A stretch of DNA of 64,000 nt from Dictyostelium discoideum (Eukaryota). Numbering within the stretch: the stretch's first letter is position 1; each line of letters starts with the position of its first letter. The DNA lies in contig CM000152.2 in assembly GCA_000004695.1 (NCBI GenBank), positions 288,001 to 352,000 of the forward strand, written 5' to 3'. This document shows positions 28,046-44,197 of this stretch, piece by piece. A program made the translations under genes and the position numbers. The notes beneath the pieces were generated by a model that saw only the letters and a program-made list of their open reading frames with translations, was not told the DNA's origin and made no database searches.

Positions 28046-29868
28046 ATGAATACAATTAAATATTTATTATTAATAATTTTAATAATAAATTTATTAATAG
28101 TAATTTCAGTAAATGGTAATCAACTACAATCACAAATTAATCAATTTAGTTATTCAAATGTTACAATACCAAGTGAAAATTCGGATGATCCATGTTCATT
28201 TTGTACAGTAGGAAATGAAAATAATTATTATTGTCCATCACAAAAAACATGTATTACCGATTTAAATAGTGGTAATAGTAGTTGGCCAACTTGTAAAGGT
28301 GGTTATTGTAATTCCGATTCATGTCAATGTTATGCTCAATGTATGAATACAATTTGGCCATGTAGTAATACTGTCGTTGGTGATTTAATGTTAATGGCTG
28401 CTTATGGTGTATTATTAGCATTTGGTGCTAAATTCATTAGTGATGGTAGTGAAGGTTTAATGGAAGTAAGTTTTTAATAATAATAATAATAATAATAAAT
28501 TAAAATATGAAAAATATTAATATTAATTTTTGTATTTTTTTTGTTTCTGTTTTTTTTGAAAAGATTTTAGATCCAGGTTTAATTGGTGGTTTAGTTTTAC
28601 CAATTCTTTCAGCATTACCAGATGCAATTATTATTGTAGTTGCAGGTGCATTTGGTAGTAATCCACAAGCACAATTAAGTATTGGTATTGGTACATTAGC
28701 AGGTTCAACAATTATGTTGATGACAATTCCATGGTCATTAAGTTTAATACTTTCAAGATGTGATATTAGAGGTGGACAATCAGTTGATGGCACATTAACC
28801 AATAAGTTTAGTTTAACAAAAACTGGTACAACAGTTGATGATGATACACCAACCAATGCAAAAGTTATGATTTTGACAAGTATTAGTTATTTAATTGTTC
28901 AAGGTGTTGCATTTGCATACCTTAAAGATCCAGATAGTGGTAAATCTGTTGAAAAATGGTTTGCATTGGTTGGATTTATTGTGTGTTTTAGTTTGATGGC
29001 TGCATATTGCACCTATCAAGTAATTTCACCAAAATTACAAGAGAAAAAAATGACAGAAGCAAAGAGAAGTTATCTTCAAAAACGTATCATTCATCATTTC
29101 ATTCATAATTTAACAATAAAAAGAAATTTATTCCAAAAGGGTGATAATACTCAATCGCAATTAATTACTTCTGATCAGAATGGTAATGGTGAAAATTCAC
29201 CATTAATTTCAAATGAACATAAGAAATTACCAGTTGATATTAAAGCAATGGGTTTAAAATGGAAAAAGAATGCTCATGAACAAGCTATTCAACATCAACA
29301 ACAAGGTAGTAGTAATGGTGAAACTTCAATTCAAGTTGACGAAAATGATGAAAAAGAAGAAAAAGAAGAAGGTCCAATTAACAAGAAAAAGATTGCATTA
29401 CAATCTGCTGGTTATTTATTACTAGGTACTGCAATGGCATCAATTTTCTCTGATCCAATGGTTGATGTTATCACTAGTTTTGGTGAAAAATTAGATATTG
29501 GTTTATTCTATATCTCATTTATAATTACACCATTTTGTTCAAATGCATCAGAATTAATCTCTTCTTTAATTTTCTCTTCAAAGAAAAAGAAAGCAAATTC
29601 ATCACTATGTTATTCAGCTTTATATGGTAGTGCAACTATGAATTCTACACTTTGTCTTGGTATTTTCTTTGCTTTAGTATTCTTTAGAAATTTGACATGG
29701 GAATTCTCTGCTGAAGTTGTTTCCATCTTATTTGTTGTAGTTTCCGTTGGTCTTATAGGTTCAACTCAAAAAACTATGAAAACTTATTTAGCACCAATTG
29801 TATTATCTTTATATCCATTATCTTTATTATTAGTTTTCTTATTAGAAAAGTTTGCAAATTGGCAATAA
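28046..29868 (+). CDS. Cation/Ca2+ exchanger-like membrane protein of the Na_Ca_ex superfamily, with an N-terminal signal peptide and a Cys-rich extracellular region. Two exons of 28046..about 28465 and about 28564..29868.
   Basis: Two Na_Ca_ex-type alpha repeats are present. The first is GLVLPILSALPDAIIIVVAGAFGSNPQAQLSIGIGTLAGSTIM. The second is ..LGTAMASIFSDPMVDVITSFGEKLDIGLFYISFIITPFCSNASELISSLIF. A GTAAGT donor follows ..EGLME. An AAAAG acceptor gives phase-0 continuity into ORF 28507..29868. Confidence 0.7.
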
Positions 29869-30472
29869 ATAAATAAATCTTCATTTTTTATTTTCTCTTT
29901 TTATAATTAAAAAAAAAAAAGTTTATTTGATTAAACTCATATTGTATTTAATTATATTTTTAATAAATCTTTATGTTTAAATAAAAATATAAATGAAAAA
30001 CAAAGGAGTAATTTTTATTATTAATATAATTATAAAAAAAAAATAATGTGGGTTAAAAAACACTTTTTTTTTTATTTTCTTCATTCCAACAATAATTGTC
30101 TCCACCAAATGTTTTGTTTTTTTTTTTTTTTTTTATTTAAATTTATTAATAATATTAATATTATTTGCACGTAAAAAAAGTTTAAAAATAGAAAACTTTT
30201 TAATCCACTTTAATTCCTATGTTTTTAAAATCTATTTTTATCATCACACACACTCACCAACCACAAAAAACATTGTACACAATATTGGAAAAAATTATTT
30301 ATTTATTTTTAATTATTATTTTTTTTTTTTATAATTTTTTTTTATTTATTTTGTATAAATAATATTTTTAAATCAAATACTTAATTTTTTTTTTTTTTTT
30401 ATATTAAAAAAATTAACCACCATATTACAAAATATACCCCTTTATTTATATATATATTTTTTTTATTAAACA

Positions 30473-33112
30473 ATGGATTATAATAAAGTTTCAAATATTT
30501 TTAATAATTTATTAATTAAAAATTTAAATAATAATTATAGTTTTAATAATAATATAAATAATATAAATAATTTAAAAGATAAAATTGAATTAACAGAAGA
30601 ATTAATATGTGATTTTAAAGTAATTAATATTCAAGAGATTTTAAAAATTAATAAAGATCTATTAAAAGAAAAAGTTAAAAGAAATCAATTATTAGATTTT
30701 AAAGTAAATAATGAAGAAAGTATTGATAATTGTGGTTTTGGTGTTGGTGGTAGGGTGAATAATTATTTTGAATTAATTTTTAATAATTTTAAAGATGAAA
30801 TAATGGATATTGAATTTTATAAAAATTTATTTAAAAATTATTCAAAATATTTTTTACCATCAATTTTTTACACTGCAAATTATTTATTAAGATGTGATTG
30901 TGTTGTTGGGTTAAATGTTTTAATTGAACATTTTTTATTTAAAATACCAATTAATTTATATCCAAAATCAATTGAATTTGGTTCAATTAATATTTCAAAT
31001 TATTTAGTAAAGGAATATAAATGTAAATTAACCTTGGAGGAACAAAATAATATTTGGTCACTTTTATTAAATAAACCATATAAAAATGAAATAATTTTAA
31101 AAAATTTAAATAAATCATTTCATTATTTAGCAAGTATAAATACAATTTTACCAACAATACCAATAAAATTTGTAATTGATTTCCCAATTAAATCAAAATG
31201 TTTAGATTTTATTATTGATACTTGTTTTTCAATTTCATATATAATCAATTCATTAAAATCATTACAATTTTCATATACTTCAAAAGATTCCACTGAAAAT
31301 CAAATTAAATTATTATCAATAATTGAAATTGAACAAATTAGAAATAAATTTTCAAGTGTAGAATTGGAAACACTTGTTGAAGATTTAGATAATAGTAAAT
31401 ATTCAATTAAATTATTAGTTAAAATGGCATGTTATTTTACAAGTTCAACGTATAGAGATGAAAATTTTACATTTTATAATTTAAAATTTGAAAATAAATT
31501 TGATATTCAAAATTATACAGAACATCAATTAATAGAAAGTTCAATACTTTCATGTAATTATGGTATCTTATCAAAACTTTATGAATTTCATTTAAATGAA
31601 AATGAAAATGATAAAAATTCAATATTTTTAAATATACCAAATGAATATATTACAAATGATCCAAAACAAATATTTAGATATAGTTTACCATTATCAAATG
31701 ATTTAAAAAGACAAAAAATGTTTATTGAATGTTCAATAAATGATTATTGTAATAATAAATTAAATAACAATAGAAAATTCCCAATTAATCATTTAATTAA
31801 AATAATTTTATTATTTAATAATCCAACATTAGTTCAATATATGTTGGATTTAATTATAAAATTTAAACCGATAATACCAAAAATTAAAAATAAAACTATA
31901 ATTTCATGGATACAATCAACCCAGGTTTTTGATTTATTATTTCAACAAAAACAAGAACCATTAATAATTAAAGATTTCAAATTTAAACATTTATTATTAC
32001 CAAGAAAAGATATGAATTTAATTGATTCAAATCAACATGTTTTTAATAAAAATAAAATTAAAGATCAAGAATTTTTAGAAAAATTAAAAAAAGATAAAAC
32101 GTTAAATATTTTATTAAATCATTATAAAGAGAATTATAATCAAGACTATAAGAATGGAGTTTTAAATTTAAAAGTTTCACCATTTATGTTTGGTAGTTCA
32201 TTTATTTTCGATAATAATAATAATGATAATTTCAATGATTTTAAATCATTATTAATTGAATATGAATTTTGGAGAAAACATTTACTTGGTGAACATGATT
32301 ATAAAGGTAAAATTATTAAAGATGGTCCAAGATTATTATCAACTTCACAATTTATTAAAATCTTATCAATAACACCAGAGAATCAAAATTACACTTGTTT
32401 AGATTCAATTGAAACTTTAGATTGGTTAATTAAAAATAAACCAGATGATTTAAATAATCAAAGATGTATTACAAATCAGTTATTACTATTCACTCATTCA
32501 TATCATAGTGGTACTTTAAAAGAAACCAAAATTGAATTTGAAAGATACCATGGAAATTATTTTTTAAATTTTATTCTTGCAAGTGGTTTATTAGAATCTA
32601 TTATCAAAAATGCAGATATAGAATCACTGAATATTATAATCGATATTTTTAATGAAGTAAAATCACCAACATCAATAAAATCGCCAATATCAATATCACT
32701 ATCAGTTACAAATTTAGAAAATGGTGAAAAAACTCATTATTATGAAAATGAACAAAATAATCAACTAAAACAAATAATTAAAGATATAAAATTACAAATT
32801 TTTAAATTCATTGGTTCATCAAATCGTGCTGATATTTTAGAATATTTAATTACTTGTCATTCAAATTTATTTTCACCAATTTCAAACTACCAATCTCTAT
32901 ATCAAACTGGTTTCGATAATTCATTTACTTCAATTTGGTGTAATATTGAAGTATCTGAATATATTTTAAATACTTTAAAATATAATTGTTTTAGTTTGTC
33001 TGACCCCTCAAATATTGAAAGACTTTTTAAAAAATCAAAAAATAATAATTCACCTCCTTTTACTCACATGTATGAAAAATTTAATTCAAAAATTAATTTT
33101 AAAATAATATAA
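30473..33112 (+). CDS. Large hypothetical protein of 879 aa, rich in Asn, Lys and Ile. Single exon.
   Basis: Uninterrupted ATG-to-TAA ORF with protein-like, non-repetitive composition in most regions. No recognisable conserved domain. Confidence 0.5.
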   Translation: MDYNKVSNIFNNLLIKNLNNNYSFNNNINNINNLKDKIELTEELICDFKVINIQEILKINKDLLKEKVKRNQLLDFKVNNEESIDNCGFGVGGRVNNYFELIFNNFKDEIMDIEFYKNLFKNYSKYFLPSIFYTANYLLRCDCVVGLNVLIEHFLFKIPINLYPKSIEFGSINISNYLVKEYKCKLTLEEQNNIWSLLLNKPYKNEIILKNLNKSFHYLASINTILPTIPIKFVIDFPIKSKCLDFIIDTCFSISYIINSLKSLQFSYTSKDSTENQIKLLSIIEIEQIRNKFSSVELETLVEDLDNSKYSIKLLVKMACYFTSSTYRDENFTFYNLKFENKFDIQNYTEHQLIESSILSCNYGILSKLYEFHLNENENDKNSIFLNIPNEYITNDPKQIFRYSLPLSNDLKRQKMFIECSINDYCNNKLNNNRKFPINHLIKIILLFNNPTLVQYMLDLIIKFKPIIPKIKNKTIISWIQSTQVFDLLFQQKQEPLIIKDFKFKHLLLPRKDMNLIDSNQHVFNKNKIKDQEFLEKLKKDKTLNILLNHYKENYNQDYKNGVLNLKVSPFMFGSSFIFDNNNNDNFNDFKSLLIEYEFWRKHLLGEHDYKGKIIKDGPRLLSTSQFIKILSITPENQNYTCLDSIETLDWLIKNKPDDLNNQRCITNQLLLFTHSYHSGTLKETKIEFERYHGNYFLNFILASGLLESIIKNADIESLNIIIDIFNEVKSPTSIKSPISISLSVTNLENGEKTHYYENEQNNQLKQIIKDIKLQIFKFIGSSNRADILEYLITCHSNLFSPISNYQSLYQTGFDNSFTSIWCNIEVSEYILNTLKYNCFSLSDPSNIERLFKKSKNNNSPPFTHMYEKFNSKINFKII

Positions 33113-33234
33113 ATAAATAAATAAAAATAAATAAATAAATACAAACACATATCATTACTTTAAGAATTATTTTTTTTATTTTTTTTTTTTATTATTATTA
33201 TTTTATTTTATTTAAGAATCTATAATAATAAAAA

Positions 33235-37752
<4,518 letters not shown>

Positions 37753-38137
37753 ATTATTAATTGTTGTACATAAACGTTGAGAGCAATGGGAATTAAAAAA
37801 AAAAAAAAAATAAAAAAAAAAAAAATAAAATATTTTTTCATTTTTTTTTTTTTTTAATTTAAATTTTTAAAAAAAATAAGAATTTTGTGTATAAAAATAG
37901 AGCACACATAATGATATAAAATATAAAAAAAAAAAAAATGAATGAAACCATTATGATTTTGAGCTTTTTTTTTTTAAACTGAAGATATAAATGTTTTTAA
38001 AAAATAAAAAATAATAAAAAAAAAAAAGAATTTTTTTTGAAAGTAATAATATATAATTTATTTGTAGTTTTGTAAAAAAGGAATATTGTTTTGGTTTTTT
38101 TTAAAAAAAAGGATAATAAAAAATAAATGAAACTAAG

Positions 38138-38189
<52 letters not shown>

Positions 38190-38426
38190 GGCGGGAATCA
38201 TGGAAAATTATTAAATTAAAAAAAAAAAAAAAAAATAATAATATCAATTAGTTACTTTCTGTTTAAAATGGTGTTGGTTTTGGAGTATGAAGAAAGTAAA
38301 AAAAAAAAGATATTATGTGAAATATAAATATAGATATATAAAAAAAGTAACATTAATCAAAATCAATAAGTAGGGAAAGGGGAAAACTTTGTAATGGAAT
38401 ATATCTGTTGCGGTATTTTTAAGACT

Positions 38427-38751
38427 CTAGAATGTACTGGTTGTTTGAACCAAGATGACCCCTTGAGCTCCACATTTTTGGCATGGATACATTGAATGTG
38501 GTGGCATTGGAATAAAGCCTGTTGATTTGCAAAGTGGACATGGTACTGATACAGTAAGTAATGCTGGGGAAGAAATCTTGCTAATTAATAAGTGTTGATT
38601 GCAAGTGCCTATTTTTAGAGTGAGAGAAAAAAAAAAATTTTTAAAGTTAGAAATGTTTTTTTTTTTTTTTTTTTATTGAAATTTTTTGTCGGGTTTTATT
38701 TATTTTTTTTTGATTACTTACTTGAATTATGACCAGGTTTACGACAACGAG
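38427..38751 (-). CDS. Cys-rich microprotein of about 73 aa, with a CCHC zinc knuckle and a downstream CxxC...CxxC zinc ribbon. Two exons. The spliced product is MPCSRCRKPGHNS / STCNQHLLISKISSPALLTVSVPCPLCKSTGFIPMPPHSMYPCQKCGAQGVILVQTTSTF.
   Basis: The ATG is at about 38751. A GTAAGT donor lies after codon 13, at about 38711. A TAG acceptor at about 38609 gives an open frame to a TAG stop at about 38427. The exons stand out as islands of about 40% GC in an AT desert. CSRCRKPGHNSSTC matches CX2CX4HX4C. Weak evidence, no homolog recognised. Confidence 0.4.
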
Positions 38752-38934
38752 AGCAAGGCATTTTTAATATAATAATTTAATTTTAATTTTTATTTTTTTA
38801 TTTTTTTGAAAAAGAAATTATTGTTTTTATATATTTAATTATTTATTTATTTAATTAATTATTTTATTTATTTATTTTGAAAACAATATATGATTTTATA
38901 TGAATAATAATTATAAATTTTTAATTTTAATATT

Positions 38935-38990
<56 letters not shown>

Positions 38991-39135
38991 AAAAATGATG
39001 GATCATTATAATCTAAACAAATATAAAAATATCTCTTTTTTAATTGAATAAAAATTTATATAAATTTTTATAAAAAAAAAAAAAAAAAAAGAAAAAATTT
39101 TAGTTTAAATATTTTTTTTTTTTTTATTTTAATTT

Positions 39136-39169
<34 letters not shown>

Positions 39170-39347
39170 CTTTTTAATAAAATTAATTTTTTTTTTTTTT
39201 TTTTACGTTAAAAGTCGGGCATGCGTGTGCCTTTTGATCTGCCACAAAAAGAAGAATTTTTGTTGTCACTTTTTTACTTAAAAAAAATAAAAAAATAAAA
39301 AAATAAAAAAATCTAAAAATAAAAATCTTTTTTTTTTTATTTTTTTT

Positions 39348-41843
39348 TTATTTTTTTAATTTAATTAATTTTTCAGTTTGATGAAGTAATTTAAAATTTA
39401 ATTTAATTAATAAAAGTAATTGAGAGAAACCATTTTGGTTGAAAAATATTTTTGGAGAATTTGAAAATGTATAACGAGAAGCTTCATCTAAAATTTTATC
39501 GGTATAATAGATTGGAATTAAAGGTTTACCTCTATTTTCAGCCAATGAAATTTCATCACGAATTAAAGGTGTAAATGCAACCTCTGATATAATTACCACA
39601 ACTACCCAACTTGAGATAACTTTTTTCTCTCTTGGTACAATTGTGATACCATTCTCTTTAAAGAAATCGAATAATGGTTTAAAAGTTTTTTCACTATTTG
39701 GATCGAATGATATGAAAATTGATTCAGAACCAGAGATTGAATGAGGTATAGTATCAACATCATGTTTATTATCACTATCATCTTCATCCTCATTATCTCC
39801 ATCACCTGATTTTGAACTTTTTGAATCTTTAGTATTTAACATATTATAAACACCTTCTAATAAAACACTGAAAGAGTCATTATAGATTTCATATGATGAG
39901 AAATCGACCAATTGTGAACGGAAAATACAAGATTCCAAAGTTGGGTCGGTGATTTTAGTTTTTTCAGCCCAAATTGAAACCATTGGTAATTTTGAAAGAA
40001 AAGTTAACAATAGATTCACTTGATAGCTGAGGGTTAGGGATTTAGAAGAGACAAAGAATATATAACCATAGCAATTACGATTTTCATTTGATTCTGAACT
40101 AATTAAACAAGCTGTTATTAAATTGTCTTCTAATGAATACTTCAACCTATTGGCCAAGTCTACATATTCACTAGTGTAAACTATACCAATATCATACAAC
40201 TTATTTTGTTTCTTTATTTCAAATGCGACATCCTTATCCAATAAATCAAATGGTCTTTCATCTTGATAGTTTCTTTGTTTATGATTTGCACCTGCTTTAA
40301 TCGCTATCTCAAATTCCTTTATTGATAACTTTTTTGCGAAAAAATGTAAACAATTATCACCTGTTATCTTATTAGTGAAATTAATATCTGATAGTAGATT
40401 AGAAGCAACCGATTTTAAAGGCCATTTTAAGATTTCTGCATTGTAAAAGTATGGTGGTAAATTTTCTTTGTTTAAAGTTTTAAGATTTGGTGCTAAAATT
40501 TCTTCAACATTGAAAAATGTGACATCACGATAACCCAATCGTTTTTTGGCTATAATATGTAGCAAACTATCTCCATTACTATTCCTATAGGTAACTGCTG
40601 ATTTGGTATCACAATGATACCACATGTTTTTATAATGCTCCATTTTACCAGTCCACAATAATTGAGCCAATAACTCTTGTGGATTATCATAAAGTAATGC
40701 ACTATGATAAGAACCTGTTGAAACTTGACTTGGAAAACCAATGATCTCCTTACAATTTGAAATTGGTACAGTATCAGCATAAATCTCCTCCTCTGTCGCA
40801 GATTGACCATATCTATTCCAACCAAATGCAAAAACTTGATTATTTTGACTTCTCGCCAAAACATGTTTACCACAATCTGATGAACAATCAAAATCAATAA
40901 AACCACCACTATTACCATTTGCTGCTGCTGTCGTTGTTGTTGTGGTGGTGGTGGTGGTTGTAGTTGTAGCTTCAACTAAACATTTTGGAACTGATGAAGA
41001 ATATTCGTCAACAAATGTACCCCAACACCAAAAACTACCATTTTCACCAACTGCGCATGTGTAAGTACCACCACATTGAATGGTGGCGAATTTTTGAAAT
41101 GATTTAACTTTAATTGGGATTGGTAGTGATTTGTTGAATGATGAGCCATCGCCTAACTGATACTCTTCGTTCATACCCCATGTGTAGAGCTCGCCTTTTA
41201 GATCGATCGCACCCATGTGTCTATCGCCAATGGCGAGGGTTTTGATACCAATATTATCAAAGAAAACACAACGAAATGGTGTGTATTGGTCAGTTTGGTT
41301 ATTAATCCCCAACTGACCGTACTTGTTGTATCCCCATGTATACAACTTACGCTGAACGGTATCTTTACTAATGGCAGCAGACGACGCACCACCCGCATAC
41401 ACACTTTCAATGTTACTCAAGCCCGGCACGAGTTTGGGCTGATAGATAGCCAGGGTCTTCCCTTGACCCAAACGGCCCAGTGATGAACTGCCCCATGTCA
41501 AAACTTGCGATGAGGAAGTCAACGCTATTGAATGATCATTCCCGCATTGTAAATCTCTAATTGAGTGATTCATCTCCACTAGTGTTGGCTCTGATCTATC
41601 TTCAGTATCGCCTGTACCCAATTTACCAAAACTACCATTACCAAACATATATAAATTGCCTGTTCCAGTAATGAATCCTGTATGTTGCACACCACATGAC
41701 ACCTTTTTAACATTATAATAATTTGGTAATAAAGTTGGTATACCTGTATAATTATCTTGATTATAAATAAACTCTTTATCAATTTCAATACCAATTTGAC
41801 CATGAGAATTCTTACCAAATACAATCAATGCCCCAAATGCCAT
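39348..41843 (-). CDS. Multidomain protein of 831 aa with N-terminal RCC1 repeats (about six blades), ankyrin repeats and two C-terminal TIR-like domains. Single exon.
   Basis: Residues 1 to about 290 show the RCC1 pattern repeatedly (..G.N..GQLG.., VSCG..HT.., WG.N..G.LG). The ankyrin signature appears in GDSLLHIIAKK and GDNCLHFFAKK. The C-terminus has TIR-like blocks. One set is ESIFISFD (box 1), SWVVVVIISEVAFTPLIRDEISL (box 2/alphaC) and GKPLIPIYYTD (box 3). A second set lies upstream (DIGIVYTSEYVDLANRLKYSLEDN, YIFFVSSKSLTLSYQVNLLLTFL, PMVSIWAEKTKITD). Confidence 0.7.
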   Translation of the reverse strand: MAFGALIVFGKNSHGQIGIEIDKEFIYNQDNYTGIPTLLPNYYNVKKVSCGVQHTGFITGTGNLYMFGNGSFGKLGTGDTEDRSEPTLVEMNHSIRDLQCGNDHSIALTSSSQVLTWGSSSLGRLGQGKTLAIYQPKLVPGLSNIESVYAGGASSAAISKDTVQRKLYTWGYNKYGQLGINNQTDQYTPFRCVFFDNIGIKTLAIGDRHMGAIDLKGELYTWGMNEEYQLGDGSSFNKSLPIPIKVKSFQKFATIQCGGTYTCAVGENGSFWCWGTFVDEYSSSVPKCLVEATTTTTTTTTTTTTAAANGNSGGFIDFDCSSDCGKHVLARSQNNQVFAFGWNRYGQSATEEEIYADTVPISNCKEIIGFPSQVSTGSYHSALLYDNPQELLAQLLWTGKMEHYKNMWYHCDTKSAVTYRNSNGDSLLHIIAKKRLGYRDVTFFNVEEILAPNLKTLNKENLPPYFYNAEILKWPLKSVASNLLSDINFTNKITGDNCLHFFAKKLSIKEFEIAIKAGANHKQRNYQDERPFDLLDKDVAFEIKKQNKLYDIGIVYTSEYVDLANRLKYSLEDNLITACLISSESNENRNCYGYIFFVSSKSLTLSYQVNLLLTFLSKLPMVSIWAEKTKITDPTLESCIFRSQLVDFSSYEIYNDSFSVLLEGVYNMLNTKDSKSSKSGDGDNEDEDDSDNKHDVDTIPHSISGSESIFISFDPNSEKTFKPLFDFFKENGITIVPREKKVISSWVVVVIISEVAFTPLIRDEISLAENRGKPLIPIYYTDKILDEASRYTFSNSPKIFFNQNGFSQLLLLIKLNFKLLHQTEKLIKLKK

Positions 41844-42249
41844 TCTATTCTATTTTATTATTTTTACAACATGTAATTTATTTAATAATTATTATGTATT
41901 ATTATTATTTTGTTTTGAAATATTTTTAAAATAAATAAATAAATAAATAAATAAATAAAGAAATAAAGAAATAAATAAATGAAGATGGGTAGAGATAGAA
42001 AAACAGAGAAATTATATAAAAATAACTTCTTTTTTTTTTTTTGGTTTTGGTTTTTTTTTTTTTTTCAGAAAAAAAATATATTTAAAAGAATGATTTTTTG
42101 GTTTATTTTAAAAATATTATTTTTTTTTTTTTTTTTTTTTTTTTTAGAAAATATCCAGATCTGTTTTTTTTCTCATATAAATTTTTTTTTTTTTTTTTTT
42201 TTAAAATTTTTTTTTTTTCTACACATCAAACAAGTTTGACAAAAAAGAA

Positions 42250-43290
42250 ATGAGCGGGAAAATCACAGATTTCTTTGAGAAAAAGACAACAACAACTATA
42301 GATGAAGCAGAAAATAAAGATAATGATAAAGAATTAACTTCTACCACTACCACCACCACAACAACCTCCACCACCTCAAAAAAAAAAGTAGCTGCAGCAC
42401 CAAAAAAAAAAGCAGCTGTAGCATCTAAAAAAAGAAAACATGAATCGTCAGATGAAGAAACAGATAAAGAAGAACAACAAAACGATGATGATGACGATGG
42501 TGAAGAAAAAGTCGAAAATAATAATAATAATAAAAAATTAAAAAATGAAGAGAAATCTGAAGAAATTAATTCGACAATAACAGATAACAATTATTATGAT
42601 GATATTGAAAATTATTTTACAGATAAACAATGGAAAGAAGCATTGAGTGGTGAATTTGGTAAAGCATATTTTAAGAAAATGATAACACAATTAAATAAAC
42701 GTTATAGTTCAAAAGAGAAACCAATTTATCCACCAAAGAATGAGATTTTCTCTGCATTTAATTACGCACATTTGGAGGATGTCAAGGTGGTTATCATTGG
42801 TCAAGATCCGTACCATGGCAAGGGTCAAGCTCATGGCTTGAGTTTCTCGGTCAAGAAGGGGGTATCACCACCACCATCATTGATTAATATCTACAAAGAG
42901 TTGGAGACTGATATCGAGGGCTTTAAAAGACCTTTGAAAAACGGCTTCTTAGAGCCATGGGCTAGACAGGGTGTGTTCTTACTTAACGCTGTCTTGACAG
43001 TGGAAGAGGCAACACCAAATTCTCACAAAGATTTCGGTTGGGCTGATTTCACTGATGCCGTATTAAAAATACTAAGTAAACAAGATCAACCAATCGTTTT
43101 CATTTTGTGGGGTGGCTTTGCTCAAAAGAAGGAAAAACTATTCACAAATAAAAATCATTTGGTTTTAAAGAGTGGTCATCCTTCACCATTATCAATTAAA
43201 CATTTCATTGGTTGTAAACATTTCTCAAAATCAAATGAATTTTTAAAATCAAAAGGTATTGAAGAAATTGATTGGAAGATTACAGAATAA
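42250..43290 (+). CDS. ung: Uracil-DNA glycosylase, UDG family 1, 346 aa, single exon. It has a Lys/Glu/Thr-rich N-terminal extension of about 160 residues.
   Basis: The catalytic water-activating loop is present (VVIIGQDPYHGKGQAHGLSFSV). So is the rest of the conserved UNG core (PPS..NI..EL, the leucine loop HPSPLS). The N-terminus begins MSGKITDFFEKK. Confidence 0.9.
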   Translation: MSGKITDFFEKKTTTTIDEAENKDNDKELTSTTTTTTTTSTTSKKKVAAAPKKKAAVASKKRKHESSDEETDKEEQQNDDDDDGEEKVENNNNNKKLKNEEKSEEINSTITDNNYYDDIENYFTDKQWKEALSGEFGKAYFKKMITQLNKRYSSKEKPIYPPKNEIFSAFNYAHLEDVKVVIIGQDPYHGKGQAHGLSFSVKKGVSPPPSLINIYKELETDIEGFKRPLKNGFLEPWARQGVFLLNAVLTVEEATPNSHKDFGWADFTDAVLKILSKQDQPIVFILWGGFAQKKEKLFTNKNHLVLKSGHPSPLSIKHFIGCKHFSKSNEFLKSKGIEEIDWKITE

Positions 43291-43473
43291 AATTAAAAAA
43301 AAAAAAAATAAATAAAAATAAAAATAAAAATATCTCAAAAAATATTTTTGTGTATGTATGTGTATGTGTGTCAATCAAATTCCAAATCTGGATATTTTAC
43401 GGAAAATCTGAAATTTTTTATTTTATATTTTTTTATTTTTTATTTTTTATTTTTATTTACACTTGATTTTGGT

Positions 43474-43505
<32 letters not shown>

Positions 43506-44006
43506 CAAATTTATTAAAATAAAAGAAAAAAAAAAAAAATTACAAATAAAGTAAAATATAAAAAAATAAAAATTAAAATAAAAATAAAATAAAATAAATC
43601 AAAAAAAAAAAAAAAAAATCAAATAATACCCCTTGTAAAAAATTTTAAAATAAAAAAAAAATAAAATATCTTTTTTTTAAAAAGCACCTTTTTTTTCAAA
43701 ATAAAAAAATATCTAAAATTTAATTTTTATTTTATTTTTTTTTTTTATTTTATTTTATTTTATTTTTTTTCTTTTTTTTGAAATTAATGTTGGAACCATC
43801 AAAAAATTCTGTGGATAAGAAAAAAAAAAAAAATTAAAAAATTTAAAGCTCCACTGCTGATTTAAATATTTATTATTATTTTTTATTTGTATTGTGGTGG
43901 GTTTTGTTTTCTTGTAAATTAAAAATAAATAAAAATAAAAACTTTTTTGTACTATTATTATTATTATATAAATTATTTTAAAAATAAAAAAAATAAAAAA
44001 TTAAAA

Positions 44007-44063
44007 ATGTCAAATCCAGTCTGTGTATGTGTTTTTATTTACAATTTGATAAGGAAAAAAAAA

Positions 44064-44115
<52 letters not shown>

Positions 44116-44145
44116 AATTTTATTTGTAGATATATTGGGAAAAGA

Positions 44146-44197
<52 letters not shown>

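Noticed and set aside
41198-41483. Internal plus/minus ORFs nested inside large genes, such as 41217..41483 (+) and 41198..41410 (-) in the RCC1 gene, 30987..31187 (-), 40550..40975 (-), 57170..57370 (-), 57603..57827 (+), 58042..58275 (+), 46272..46469 (-), 44754..44969 (-) and 26264..26809 (-).
   Set aside because: They overlap strongly supported coding exons in another frame or strand. They have no homology and arise by chance in the GC-richer coding DNA.
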